Shown here in pieces: positions 36,801 to 55,560 of a stretch of DNA of 64,000 nt. The notes under the pieces are model-generated. The model was not told where the DNA came from. It saw only the letters and a list, made by a program, of their open reading frames with translations, and did no database searches. A program made the translations under genes and the position numbers. The stretch is taken from positions 113,795 through 177,794 of the forward strand of contig NIVC01002218.1 of the NCBI GenBank assembly GCA_002269645.1, read 5' to 3'. This stretch comes from Macrostomum lignano. Lineage: Eukaryota. Position 1 is the first letter of the stretch; every line of letters begins with the position of its first letter.

Positions 36801-39800
36801 TCAGGGAGGCTATTTACATGTGAAGTCAGGGAGGCTATTTACATGTGCAGTCAAGTAGGCTATTTACATGTGCAGTCAGAGAGGCTATTTACATGTGCAG
36901 TCAGGGAGGCTATATTTGTAGTCAGGTAGTAGCACAGCCTGCCCGCTCTCCTCTCCCCAAATCCCAGGCCAGCACCCAGGGCCGCCAGCTGTCCCTGGAC
37001 ATGGAGCGCGCTGTCCAATCCAGCCGGGCTTTCGACTGCGTCATGCGCGTCAGAACTAGCGCCGGCACTCGGCCAGTTGATTTTTACGGCGGCATGTACA
37101 TGGCCAACACTACGGACGTTGAGACTGGCGTATTCGGCTCTGACAAAGCCGTAGCGCTCGAGATTAAACACGACGACAAACTGGCCGAAGGTGAATCGGT
37201 GCTCATCCAGTGCGCTCTGCTCTACACCGGCATCGGTGGTCAGCGCCGGCTTCGAATTCACAATCTGGCCCTGGCAACTAGCGCCCAGATGCCCGACGTG
37301 TTCCGCTCCGCTGAACTGGACGCCCTAATCAACCTGTTGGCTAAATCGTCTCTTCATCAGTTGTTAAAACGCGGGCCTAAAGAGGTGCGCGAATCGTTAA
37401 TTAGCCGCTGCTCAAACATTCTGGCGGCTTATAGGAAGAATTGCGCCAGCAATACCGGGCCTGGTCAGCTGATTCTACCCGAGCTGATGAAACTGCTGCC
37501 GCTCTATATCAATGCTATCATCAAGAATGACGCCTTCCAGACTGGTGAGTGTTTGACCGGCTTGCTGCTATCCAGCCACCTCTGAGTCCTTGACCGGCTT
37601 GCTGCTATCCAGCCACCTCTGAGTCCTTAGCGGGTTGCTGCTATCCAGCCACCTCTGAGTCCTTGAGCGCCACCTCTGAGTCCTTGACCGGGTTGCTGCT
37701 ATCCAGCCACCTCTGAGTCCTTAGCGGGTTGCTGCTATCCAGCCACCTCTGAGTCCTTAGCGGGTTGCTGCTATCCAGCCACCTCTGAGTCCTTGAGCGC
37801 CACCTCTGAGTCCTTGACCGGGTTGCTGCTATCCAGCCACCTCTGAGTCCTTGAGCGCCACCTCTGAGTCCTTGACCGGGTTGCTGCTATCCAGCCACCT
37901 CTGAGTCCTTGAGCGCCACCTCTGAGTCCTTGAGCGGGTTGCTGTTATCCAGCCACCTCTGAGTCCTTACCGGGTTGCTGTTATCCAGCCACCTCTGAGT
38001 CCTTACGGCAGCGTACACTAAACATTAGCTACATTGTTACGAAATCATTTATTAAACGGATCAATTGGCACACATTATGTGAATTTTATTGCAAAATTAC
38101 TAAAAATTTAAGGCTTCTGCGCCGCCTTCATGCCAGAGATTTGCCACCCATCCGGTGGAATTGGTAAATGGCGGATTATTTTTGTAACTAAGCGTATTTA
38201 TTGTCTATAGTTAATAGGATGGTAAAGGTACTTCACTGCCCAATTATTGGCTAACTTTAACTCGACTCTTAAAGACGAAAATTCTAACTCTACATGCACA
38301 GTATGGTGTTGGATTGCCTTATTTAATAAAACTAGCTAAATGGTCTGGTGTTTTTACTCGTACTTATCGCGCTACTGTCAGTAGGCTAAAATGACAATCA
38401 TTATTTATTGTGCACAAAACAATCACCCGGGCAGGCTCGGATGTATCTACTGACGATAGATCCTACCTGATGTACCTGTGCGAGAGCATGGACGTCTTAG
38501 CCTCGAATGTGTTCTTCTATCCGCGCCTGATGCCGCTGCACGATCTGCCACCAGACTCTCCGGATAGTGAGCAGCCGACTCTGCCAGCGTTTATTCGCTG
38601 CTCCGTTGAACGTCTGAATCAGCGCGGCGTCTACCTGCTCGGTGAGTGGTCTGCGACACAATTGTTGTTTTTGCACAACTAGGGTCAACTGGCAGGCGCG
38701 TCGCCACCGGGGGGGGGGACATGCCAATGCTTCCCCACCACCCCATCTTGGGACCCGTTGTGGTAATCAAAATAATTTTTCTTCAGGGCGCCAAAATATA
38801 GTGCCTGTGGCGCTAAAATGAGTGCCTGTGGCGCTAAAATGAGTGCCTGTGGCGCTAAAATGAGTGCCTGTGGCGCTAAAATGAGTGCCTGAGGCGCTAA
38901 AATAGTGCCTGCGGTGCTAAAATGAGTGCCTGCGGTGCTAAAATGAGTGCCTGCGGTGCTAAAATGAGTGCCTGCGGTGCTAAAATGAGTGCCTGTGGTG
39001 CTAAAATGAGTGCCTGTGGCGCTAAAATGAGTGCCTGTGGCGCTAAAATGAGTGCCTGAGGCGCTAAAATAGTGCCTGCGGTGCTAAAATGAGTGCCTGC
39101 GGTGCTAAAATGAGTGCCTGCGGTGCTAAAATGAGTGCCTGTGGTGCTAAAATGAGTGCCTGTGGCGCTAAAATGAGTGCCTGTGGCGCTAAAATAGTGC
39201 CTGCGGTGCTAAAATGAGTGCCTGCGGTGCTAAAATGAGTGCCTGCGGTGCTAAAATGAGTGCCTGTGGCGCTAAAATAGTGCCTGCGGTGCTAAAATGA
39301 GTGCCTGTGGCGCTAAAATGAGTGCCTGCGGTGCTAAAATGAGTGCCTGTGGTGCTAAAATGAGTGTCTGTGGCGCTAAAATGAGTGCCTGTGGCGCTAA
39401 AATGAGTGCCTGTGGCGCTAAAATAGTGCCTGCGGTGCTAAAATGAGTGCCTGTGGCGCTAAAATGAGTGCCTGCGGTGCTAAAATGAGTGCCTGTGGCG
39501 CTAAAATAGTGCCTGCGGTGCTAAAATGAGTGCCTGTGGCGCTAAAATGAGTGCCTGCGGTGCTAAAATGAGTGCCTGTGGTGCTAAAATGAGTGCCTGT
39601 GGTGCTAAAATGAGTGCCTGTGGCGCTAAAATGAGTGCCTGTGGCGCTAAAATGAGTGCCTGCGGTGCTAAAATTATTGCCTGCGGTGCTAAAATGAGTG
39701 CCTGTGGCGCTAAAATGAGTGCCTGTGGCGCTATAATGAGTGCCTGTGGCGCTAAAATAGTGCCTGCGGTGCTAAAATGAGTGCCTGCGGTGCTAAAATG

Positions 39801-42469
39801 AGTGCCTGTGGCGCTAAAATGAGTGCCTGTGGCGCTAAAATGAGTGCCTGCGGTGCTAAAATGAGTGCCTGTGGCGCTAAAATGAGTGCCTGCGGCGCTA
39901 AAATGAGTGCCTGTGGTGCTAAAATGAGTGCCTGCGGTGCTAAAATGAGTGCCTGCGGTGCTAAAATGAGTGCCTGTGGTGCTAAAATGAGTGCCTGTGG
40001 CGCTAAAATGAGTGCCTGTGGCGCTAAAATGAGTGCCTGTGGCGCTAAAATGAGTGCCTGTGGTGCTAAAATGAGTGCCTGTGGCGCTAAAATATAGTGC
40101 CTGTGGCGCTAAAATGAGTGCCTGCGGCGCTAAAATGAGTGCCTGCGGTGCTAAAATGAGTGCCTGCGGCGCTAAAATGAGTGCCTGCGGTGCTAAAATG
40201 AGTGCCTGTGGTGCTAAAATGAGTGCCTGTGGCGCTAAAATGAGTGCCTGCGGTGCTAAAATGAGTGCCTGTGGCGCTAAAATGAGTGCCTGTGGCGCTA
40301 AAATGAGTGCCTGTGGCGCTAAAATGAGTGCCTGTGGCGCTAAAATGAATGCCTGTGGCGCTAAAATGAGTGCCTGTGGCTCTAAAATAAGTGTCTGCGG
40401 CGCTAAAATGAGTGCCTGTGGTGCTAAAATGAGTGCCTGTGGCGCTAAAATGAGTGCCTGCGGCGCTAAAATGAGTGCCTGTGGCGCTAAAATGAGTGCC
40501 TGTGGCGCTAAAATGAGTGCCTGTGGTGCTAAAATGAGTGCCTGTGGCGCTAAAATGAGTGCCTGTGGCGCTAAAATAGTGCCTGCGGTGCTAAAATGAG
40601 TGCCTGTGGTGCTAAAATGAGTGCCTGTGGCGCTAAAATGAGTGCCTGTGGCGCTAAAATGAGTGCCTGTGGCGCTAAAATGAGTGCCTGTGGTGCTAAA
40701 ATGAGTGCCTGTGGCGCTAAAATATAGTGCCTGTGGCGCTAAAATGAGTGCCTGCGGTGCTAAAATGAGTGCCTGCGGTGCTAAAATAGTGCCTGCGGTG
40801 CTAAAATAGTGCCTGCGGTGCTAAAATGAGTGCCTGTGACGCTAAAATGAGTGCCTGTGGTGCTAAAATGAGTGCCTGTGGCGCTAAAATGAGTGCCTGC
40901 GGTGCTAAAACGAGTGCCTGTGGCGCTAAAATGAGTGCCTGTGGCGCTAAAATGAGTGCCTGTGGCGCTAAAATGAGTGCCTGCGGCGCTAAAATGAGTG
41001 CCTGTGGCGCTAAAATGAGTGCCTGCGGTGCTAAAATGAGTGCCTGCGGTGCTAAAATGAGTGCCTGCGGTGCTAAAATGAGTGCCTGCGGCGCTAAAAT
41101 GAGTGCCTGTGGCGCTAAAATGAGTGCCTGCGGCGCTAAAATGAGTGCCTGTGGCGCTAAAATGAGTGCCTGCGGTGCTAAAATGAGTGCCTGCGGTGCT
41201 AAAATGAGTGCCTGCGGTGCTAAAATGAGTGCCTGCGGCGCTAAAATGAGTGCCTGCGGTGCTAAAATGAGTGCCTGCGGTGCTAAAATGAGTGCCTGCG
41301 GTGCTAAAATGAGTGCCTGCGGTGCTAAAATGAGTGCCTGCGGTGCTAAAATGAGTGCCTGCGGTGCTAAAATGAGTGCCTGCGGCGCTAAAATGAGTGC
41401 CTGTGGCGCTAAAATGAGTGCCTGCGGTGCTAAAATGAATGCCTGTGGTGCTAAAATAAGTGTCTGCGTCCTGCGGCGCTAAAATAAGCGCTAACAGCCC
41501 GATTCTAAAATAATGAAAATGTAGGAATTTAGTCATGTACATGTACATGTTGAAGCCTTGGTTTTGTCCCCCCCCCCACCATAAAATCCATGGCGACGAC
41601 CCTATCAACTGGGGTATTTTGTGTCAAAGTTGATTTTTCAAATTGTTAATTTGTTGAATTGACCGCCGCTTGACAACACTTAATTTTCAGACAACGGTCT
41701 GGTCATGTTCCTGTGGATAGGACCGAGCGTTGATCCGCACTGGATTAACCAGGTGTTCCGCGTTAATTCGCTTGAAGAAATTCAAAAGGATATGGTGAGC
41801 TTCAACGGCTTGATTAGGCGCCCTATTTTTGCTGCTGATTAAGCTGTAGCAGTAGTGTAAATAGTACACGCGAATTATTCTTTTTAGACTGAACTGCCCG
41901 AGTTGGACACGCCGCTGTCTATGCAGATTCGCGGCGTTATCGATCTAATCAGGCGGAAACGACGGCGTCATATGAGGGTAAATCACTTACTTATTGCCTT
42001 TCTGCACCTGCTTTTCTCCTTTTTAGCCACATAATAAATACTGTAATAACTAGATAGGCCAAGCAAATATGCGTGTAAGCTACTTTCAGTTCAGTAGTAA
42101 GTTGAGAAAATGCATTTAAATGTATCCTTTTTTATATCTTTGAACCCCTACCGCGTCTTCCCAAACAAAAATGTACATTCTATATGTTAGTCATCACTCC
42201 AACTGTCCTTCTTTGCCTAAAATAGCTTACTCATTCTTCCTTACTACTGAGAGTAGAGATACAGCTATATATTATATAGTATGCGACTCTAACTAATCAT
42301 GACTTTAACGTGTCGAATTCTGCAGCTCTTCGTAGTCCGCGCTAGGGACAAAATGGAGCCCTGGTTCCTCAACTTCCTGGTAGAAGACCGCGGCGTCAGC
42401 AACGGCTCGTCCTCCTACGTTGACTTCCTGCTGCACATTCACAAGGAGATTCGCAGCCTACTCAGCTAA
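30836..42469 (+). CDS. SEC24C: Protein transport protein SEC24C/D (COPII coat), ~1087 aa
   Basis: Exons 30836(30827)-31011, 32043-32132, 32602-33099, 33421-33601, 33938-34534, 35599-36198, 36968-37544, 38435-38641, 41691-41794, 41888-41977, 42326-42469, all GT-AG with consistent phases. Pro/Gln-rich N-terminus, LDPDQMPSAVQV, zinc finger RCIRCKAYM..CALC, vWA trunk, GQLILPELMKLLPLY, gelsolin-like repeat and C-terminal YVDFLLHIHKEIRSLLS*. C versus D paralog not resolvable. Confidence 0.93.
31100..31930. repeat. Compound intronic minisatellite (21-22 bp TCTCTATCCAAAATCTAGAGG changing to 22 bp TTCTCTATTCCAAATCCCAGTG)
   Basis: Unit switch near 31350 in the first SEC24 intron seen. Confidence 0.9.
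34585..35580. repeat. Intronic minisatellite, 21 bp unit CCATCTCCGGAATCATCATGT, plus 4 x 20 bp AAAAGTCGCCATTCCCTGAC
   Basis: Tandem units between SEC24 exons ending at 34534 and starting at 35599. Confidence 0.92.
36520..36910. repeat. Intronic minisatellite, 25 bp unit GCAGTCAGGGAGGCTATTTACATGT
   Basis: Tandem units, preceded by degenerate copies from ~36290. Confidence 0.92.
37557..38005. repeat. Intronic minisatellite, ~37 bp unit CCGGCTTGCTGCTATCCAGCCACCTCTGAGTCCTTGA
   Basis: Starts about 12 bp after the splice donor at 37545. Confidence 0.92.
38693..41604. mobile_element. hAT-type non-autonomous element containing a ~2.7 kb 21-bp satellite (GCGCTAAAATGAGTGCCTGTG)
   Basis: Perfect 8-bp TSD TCAACTGG (38685-38692 and 41605-41612); TIRs CAGGCGCGTCGCCA versus TAGGGTCGTCGCCA plus subterminal G10-ACA tracts; array ~38800-41490. 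Confidence 0.85.
42049..42293. mobile_element. Second copy of the ACTAGA MITE family in the last SEC24 intron
   Basis: TA|ACTAGA start, identical 33-bp core at 42071-42103, GCATTTAAATG downstream as in copy 1; right end degenerate. Confidence 0.5.
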
Positions 42470-44356
42470 TTTATTAGCCAGTTTATTATAAACTAGTGTC
42501 AAAGACTTGCTGGCTCTTGGAGTTTTTGGACTTTCTGAGACTTGACCAATTAATATAGCTTAGATATTGATTCAATTACTATTAATTAATATTTGTGTCC
42601 CAGCAATCGCACCTTCTACTACTAGGCCTAGTCTAGAATTGTCCCGTTAAAAACGTTTCCGTGAAAAGATTCGCTAAGGACTCAAACTCAAACGACTGTA
42701 ATGCCACTGTTGAGTCACGAGTGCATCACATGAGTTGCATAATAGTAAGAGTCTTGAAAAAGTCGTCAAAGGGTCGTTGTGTTAACACTTAACTTTCTAC
42801 TTAAGCAGACTAAAGAGTTGTTATAAATGCGAAATGCGATTCTAATTCATAAATTGACGCAGATGCGCTTTAGACGCAACTCAGTGATTCTGCAGCAACT
42901 TTAGCACGCCTCAGATAGGACTCTACGGCCCCAGAGTCATTATAGAAGTGCCTCAGCTGTTTCAGAGTCGCAGACTCTTTGACGACTTGTACCGAGACAT
43001 CTCATCGTTTTAGAGTCGTCTAGTCTAAGAAGAGTCTTTCCTATTTTACCTGTAACGACTTTTAACACGACTCTGGGGGCGACGCTTCTTTGCCTAGGTA
43101 CCGTTTTCATCGGGTGTGCCCAGATCAATTAATATGTTGAGAGAGAGTTCCAAAACCATTGCTAGAGCATCAGTTATAGACTAGGCCTGTTTAGGTTTCC
43201 CCTACTGTTGAAAATGTCCCCAATTTTATTTCTGCATGTCAGCCCGAGTGTGCGAGCGAATTTAATAGTTTAATGTTATTGAACTTGTGTCTGTCTGCTT
43301 TTTCGTGTGCGCCCAGACACTTACTATAGGTATTTGTAGCCTACCAACTCTCTCCCATATCGGTGTCTGGTCAGAGTACAACACAATACGCATGCTTTAT
43401 TCTATAATTGTTTTTTCCTGTTTACCTGCCTCCTTCCACCCTTCCGTATCCGATTGATTTTTGGTTGATAATTTGATCCGCTATCGTTGTTGCTTTTCTG
43501 TTAGATTTTCATTAAGGGGATTCAAAAGGCCTTGCCAAGTTGAGCATGCAAATTCGAACTAAAGCCTGCTTATAATAGTTCCAGATTGTCTTGAAATGCC
43601 AGCGTGTGGCTTCTTGAGCTTCTATATGCGCTCAGTTTATTTAGCTTTTTCATTATTTTTCTGCGGTTATCTTCAGCCTGTCCGCATCTGTTGCTGTTTA
43701 ATCCGAGAATGCTATTCTGATTCTGTTCTGTCGTTATTTATTTAATTGTTAGCACTAGGGCTCCGTTATCCATCATCTTTGTCCAGCCTCCTCATTTTTT
43801 TGTTTAACCGCGGATATTGGTTTTCTTGTGCTCTCCCGCTTTTTTGGGTAATCTTTGTTCATTTGACTGTGTTAAATTTACCCTGGTCTCTGTGCTTGCT
43901 CGCAATAGAGAACTGTGCTCGCTAATATTTTAATTTACAGTTCTCAGTCCCCGTCCCCCCAATCCATGGGACACAGTAGTTACTCCCCTGCTATTTAATG
44001 ATTGTGTTTAATTGCTCGTCTGCCGTTCAACCAAGAGCTAGATTCTCTATCTGTGACAGTACCTTTGGTTATTGAAAAAGAACTACATTATATGAAGCAC
44101 TTTTAAACGCCGCGTACAATTCATTATACAATTATTATTATTACTATAGAGAGAGTTTACGAACGTCTTTGTTTTCTCGCTTTTCTCTCTCTGTGTTGCA
44201 GTTTTGTTGTGGGCCGGTCGTTGAATTATCCGAAATATAAATGCACTAGAAATCGCTGCTAGCACGGGAACTCCTTGCTGCTGGCCAAATAAAGTAGAGG
44301 TTCAACTCTTCAAATGTGGTTTTTGTTCATTAGTTTCTTATCACTTTAACCCATAC

Positions 44357-45183
<827 letters not shown>

Positions 45184-45347
45184 TAACCCATACTGAGTAG
45201 GACTGTGGCCTGCATGGTGCAGCAGTGATCGGTTGTCGCTCAAATAACCATCACGAGCGTATCGGGTGTCCCAAAAATTTTGAACCATTTTAGCTGACTC
45301 CTGTTATGCTCTGATCTTCACCTACGCTGCATAACCGATAGAAAATA

Positions 45348-46015
45348 CGAGGGGTTTCCGAAAAGTTCTGACACTTAATCCCAGTAGCAAAAACAGTAGC
45401 AGCTGCAAGCACAACATTAGTGTCAGTTTAAAGCGGCACATTTCTTTCCAATGAATTCAGCCGCGTATATTTTTGTCATTTCATTTAAAAGTTGTGTCAA
45501 CTCTAATGTACAGTACATCCCTCTCTTACCGTCCACTCCTTTGTTGAGTATATACTCCGTCACTTCTAAACAAATCGCACTGTTTTGCACCTTGCGAAAT
45601 TTTGCTTAGTGTTTTGATTTTTGTGATTATTGACACCATCATGAGTGTGCAATCGAAAGAAGGCCAAAGGCACGGAATTCTCAAGCCATGGGAAAAGTTT
45701 GTAGCTACAGGTTGAAACTATGTTGAGAAGGCTGCCTTGAAGGTTGATGATGATGATGAATGACTACAATTGGTTTCTTTGCTGACAAAGTATCGCTTTA
45801 AATATTTTTTAACTTTTACTGTAAGACTTTCAGGGGCACATTGCGATGGTTTTTCACACATAACGCGCATACAAAAAGCAACATTTGATTGAAATGACCA
45901 AAATACACGCGACTGAATTCATTAGAAAGAAATGACACTAATGTTGTGCTTGCAGCTGCTACTGTTTTTGCTACTGGGATTTTTCCAGAATTCAGAAATT
46001 TCCGGACACCCTTCA
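45348..46015. mobile_element. Tc1/mariner-type deletion derivative (MITE)
   Basis: TA flanks; TIRs CGAGGGGTTTCCGAA versus TGAAGGGTGTCCGGA; near-perfect ~48-bp inner inverted repeat (45378-45425 versus ~45932-45981). Confidence 0.7.
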
Positions 46016-47110
46016 TATTAAAACTACTTTAAAAGAGACAAGAAGTCCTAAACTATACCAAACGCTCTCCCCCTATGTGTATACATATATATGTACAAGT
46101 AGAGTGCAGTTAAGATTCCATCATCCAATCAATGTCAATTAATTACTAAGGTTGGTGCCGGACTGTCTCAAAATTCGCCTTTCAAATTATTACATTACAG
46201 GAAGTTATAGTTGCGTGCACTATCCCTGACAAAATATGTGGAACCAATTGCAAAAATTGGGCGGCAGTGTAGGGGGGGGGGTTACAGGGCCCGTAAAAGT
46301 CTTGGTAGTAAAAATACATAAAAACTCAAGTTAATTAGCCAGTCCGCACATTGGCGTGTAAGCTACTTTCAGTTCAGTAGTAAGTTGCGAGGTCGTAACT
46401 AGCAAGTACCCAACAAACTTACCCTAGAGTAAGTCCATTTATAGTGAGTCAATTGTTGGCAACTACAAGCCAATGTCAAATAAAAAAGTCGAGCTTTTTT
46501 AAGAAACCGAATTAGCACTTAGCATTGTAGAAAAGAACTGATACACAAATTGTATTATTAGAATAGGCTGACACTAACGCACGCACTATTTACAATACAA
46601 CACAGTGCAATATCGGTGCGGTGTGTGAATTTCTAATTGGTCAGGTTTACACAATAATAACTGATTAACGCGATTCTTGGAATACAAAATTGAAACCCGC
46701 GGCTACATGTAGTGTAGCTAACAAAAGCTGAACAACACATGAGGAATGAAGTAGAAGCAGAAACGTGTGTAGCTTTGCAACACAAGAAAGCATACATCAC
46801 TATTCCTGCTTCGTTTGGTCTTTGTTTATTCTTCTTTCTACTGCAATAGCCAAAATGAATGCATTGTAATGCTGCAAAGCGTAAAAAAGTACATGAAATA
46901 GCCAAGCAAAGCAGAATAAATTCATTTTAAACATTTTCTATTAAAAATCTAATCCGAAACCGACTTCATAGAAAACCACAGATACTACTTGTATATAGAT
47001 GTGCAAATTAAGTTGTCTAAAAGTAGAGCGTCTAATCTTTTTCAGTAGTTTATCTGCGCAGTATGACTTAAATTTCATGTGGCTATCTTTTAAGTGACTA
47101 TCTAGATATA

Positions 47111-47467
47111 GCTCAGCCAATGAGAAAGCAGTAAGGAGAGAAGTCAAAGTTAGACGGACGAAACTCAACCAAGGGGGCAGACCCAATCTAGCTTAGCCAA
47201 TAAGAGAGCAGTAAGGAGAGAAGTCAAAGTTAGACGGACGAAACTCAACCAAGGGGGCAGATCCAATCTAGCTTAGCCAATGAGAGAGCAGTAAGGAGAG
47301 AAGTCAAAGTTAGACGGACGAAACTCAACCAAGGGGGCAGACCCAATCTAGCTTAGCCAATAAGAGAGCAGTAAGGAGAGAAGTCAAAGTTAGACGGACG
47401 AAACTCAACCAAGGGGCAGATCCAATCTAGCTTAGCCAATGAGAGAGCAGTAAGGAGAGAAGTCAAG
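47111..47467. repeat. 80-bp tandem repeat, ~4.4 copies, two CCAAT motifs per unit
   Basis: GCT(C/T)AGCCAAT recurs at 47111, 47191, 47271, 47351 and 47430. Confidence 0.92.
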
Positions 47468-47987
47468 TCAGACACAAGCGGGCAAGAGGAAAACCTAAGA
47501 GGATCCTCGACTGTCGGTCTTAAGTTAATTTAAAATAATAATAATTTCGATTCTGGGGTAGAAGCAGGATCAAGATGTTAATTTAATGGGTTGCTTGTAG
47601 AAAGCGAGAGGCGATTGTTGCAGCTTTTAAAACTTTCAATATAGGCAAAACGCTAATTTGCTACTGAAAAGTAGATTAGTGCATTTTTGCGAGTGGCATA
47701 TCTAGTTATTGTACTCTTAGTATCTGTGATGAAAAAAACTTAAGAAGAGTTATAAATAGCTCAAGACTGGCCCTGCCCTGCAGTTTCGCAGCTATAATAA
47801 ATAATCTACTAAAAACAACTACTTTATATACCTGGGTTGCTGTGGCTACTTTAAAAAAGACGTTTCAGTTTTCAGTTTTGGTTGAAGCTCTCAAACTGTC
47901 GGGAGTAATTATATACTAGAGTGGGAGAGGGCTCAAAATCCGCTGATTAGACCAATCAATGATTGGCAGTCAGAAACTGTCAGGCGC

Positions 47988-53641
<5,654 letters not shown>

Positions 53642-55184
53642 TGACGTGTGGGTATGGCGAAATAATTATTTTACAAGCTAAAATCTACTTACAGGTTACA
53701 GGCCAGTTTCTACTATATACAAGTGCTGTACTTGTTTTAAAATGTAATTGTTTTTTATGGTTAACTAGCAACTTAACATAATGTCACATTCTTTTCATGC
53801 TAAATTAAGCTAAGTTAATTTAAGGTCCTTCTTACTAGCTCAGTATTTTCAGCATTTGGTGTCTATTTGAGAGTGTATCCTGACAGGCATTTGACCATTG
53901 CTGGCGCCCCAGACCAAGCTGGGGATGTGACTTTCTGAGGGCTATGGCCTAGAGACAATCTTTGACTTCTCCCCCCTTTCTAGCCACTTTGTAGCTCGCA
54001 GGTGAAGTACTTTATTGTTGAGAGTGTCTGATTTGATTAAATCTGATCAATATCTTTATCATTGTTATAAAGCAAAAGCAAAAAATATCATGAACATTGA
54101 TACCTTAGCAATTTCTTAATAGCCATAGCATTTAAGTAATTCTCCCATGAGCCTTGACATCAGAGCAATCTTCCCTATGACTATGAGCCTTGATGCCACA
54201 GAAACTTTTTCTAAGAGTCATAGCATTATATCAATTCCATTTAAGCCTTGACATCTTAGAAATTCCCCTATGATCTTAGATATCTTAGCAATTCCCCAAT
54301 TAATTTTTAATGATTAATAAGAATATTCTTTTAGGGTTCAACCCTAACCTTAATTTTAACTTATATTTCATAGCATTTTAGCCTTTTTCACATAAGCCAC
54401 ATTTTAGCAATCTTATCTATAAATCTTAGTATCTAAATATAATTTCCTATAAGCTTTAAGCCCAAAAATTTAAGATATTTTCTATAAGCCTAGACATTTA
54501 TAACTTTTTGAGTCCTCTACAATTAATAATATAAAGCTTCCCAAAAGATAGTTTATATAATACTTCTTTTATGTTTAACTTGATATTTTTATGGTTAATA
54601 ATTTTTTGTTTGTTATATGGTTTGATGTGATATTTTTTATCTTTGATTCTTGTATATATAGATATTATGATTTTTCTCTTAATTTCTTTTTTAACTTTTT
54701 TAACTTTAATACTTAGATAAAGTTAGTAACTAAAATATAAATTATAGGAAAGTAATGATATAATCAATTTCTAAGTCAATTAGAATTAATATTAGTTTCT
54801 GTTAAAGTTAACATCAATGTTATATATATAATAGATAGCAAAAATTATTGTCTCTGAATGTTTTTTATTTTATTAAAGAAAAAATTAAAAGCTCTTCTCT
54901 TAAACTTAAAGTAATATTTTATACTATTATTAGAATTATTAGGCCCTTAATATTATTAATAAAGGTTTTAGCTTTATCTTTATTTTTGGCTTGAGAAGAG
55001 GAAACAAGAGAAAAGAATAGATAATAAAGAAGGGAGAGTCCTAAAAAGGATATAATAGAAAAAATGCCATGACTAGGGACACGGCGGCCGTGCCTCTAAC
55101 TCTATATCTAAGGACATGGCTGCCGTGTCCCTAGCTACCACGCTACTTTGTGCCTAGACCTGTTGGATTTTGAGTTTTTAAAGT

Positions 55185-55560
55185 AGGCACGAAAGGTGAA
55201 GAGTTTTGCACCTTCTGCCTCACTTTCGCCTCTCTTATGCCTATTTTGTGCCACTTGTGCACCTTTTGTTCACCTGAGTGCCTCTGCAGGGGCGGAAAGT
55301 GAATTTAAGGCACGAAATAGGCGGTAGGGGCACAGGTGTCGTAGGTGAGTTCGGTGCATAAAAGGTTCACAGTGTGCGTTGAGGCACGAAAGGTGAATAA
55401 AGTAGGCATTGGGGGCATTGGGGGAGTGAAAGGTGAATAAAAGTTGCGCTGCGGTGGAGGTGCAGAAAAGGTGTACAGTGTGCATTAGAGGCACGAAAGG
55501 TGAATAAAAGGTGCACAGTGTGCACTGGAGGCACGAAAGGTGAATAAAAGGTGCACAATG
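55185..55560. repeat. Clustered short repeats GGCACGAAAGGTGAA(TAAAAGGTGCAC) in direct and inverted orientation
   Basis: At least four direct copies (~55187, 55383, 55489, 55529) and degenerate inverted copies around 55240-55290. Confidence 0.75.

Noticed and set aside
34627-41608. DDSGDGH, MIPEMD, MSISGII and MSACGAK repeat ORFs
   Set aside because: They lie in SEC24 introns whose flanking exons splice in phase without them.
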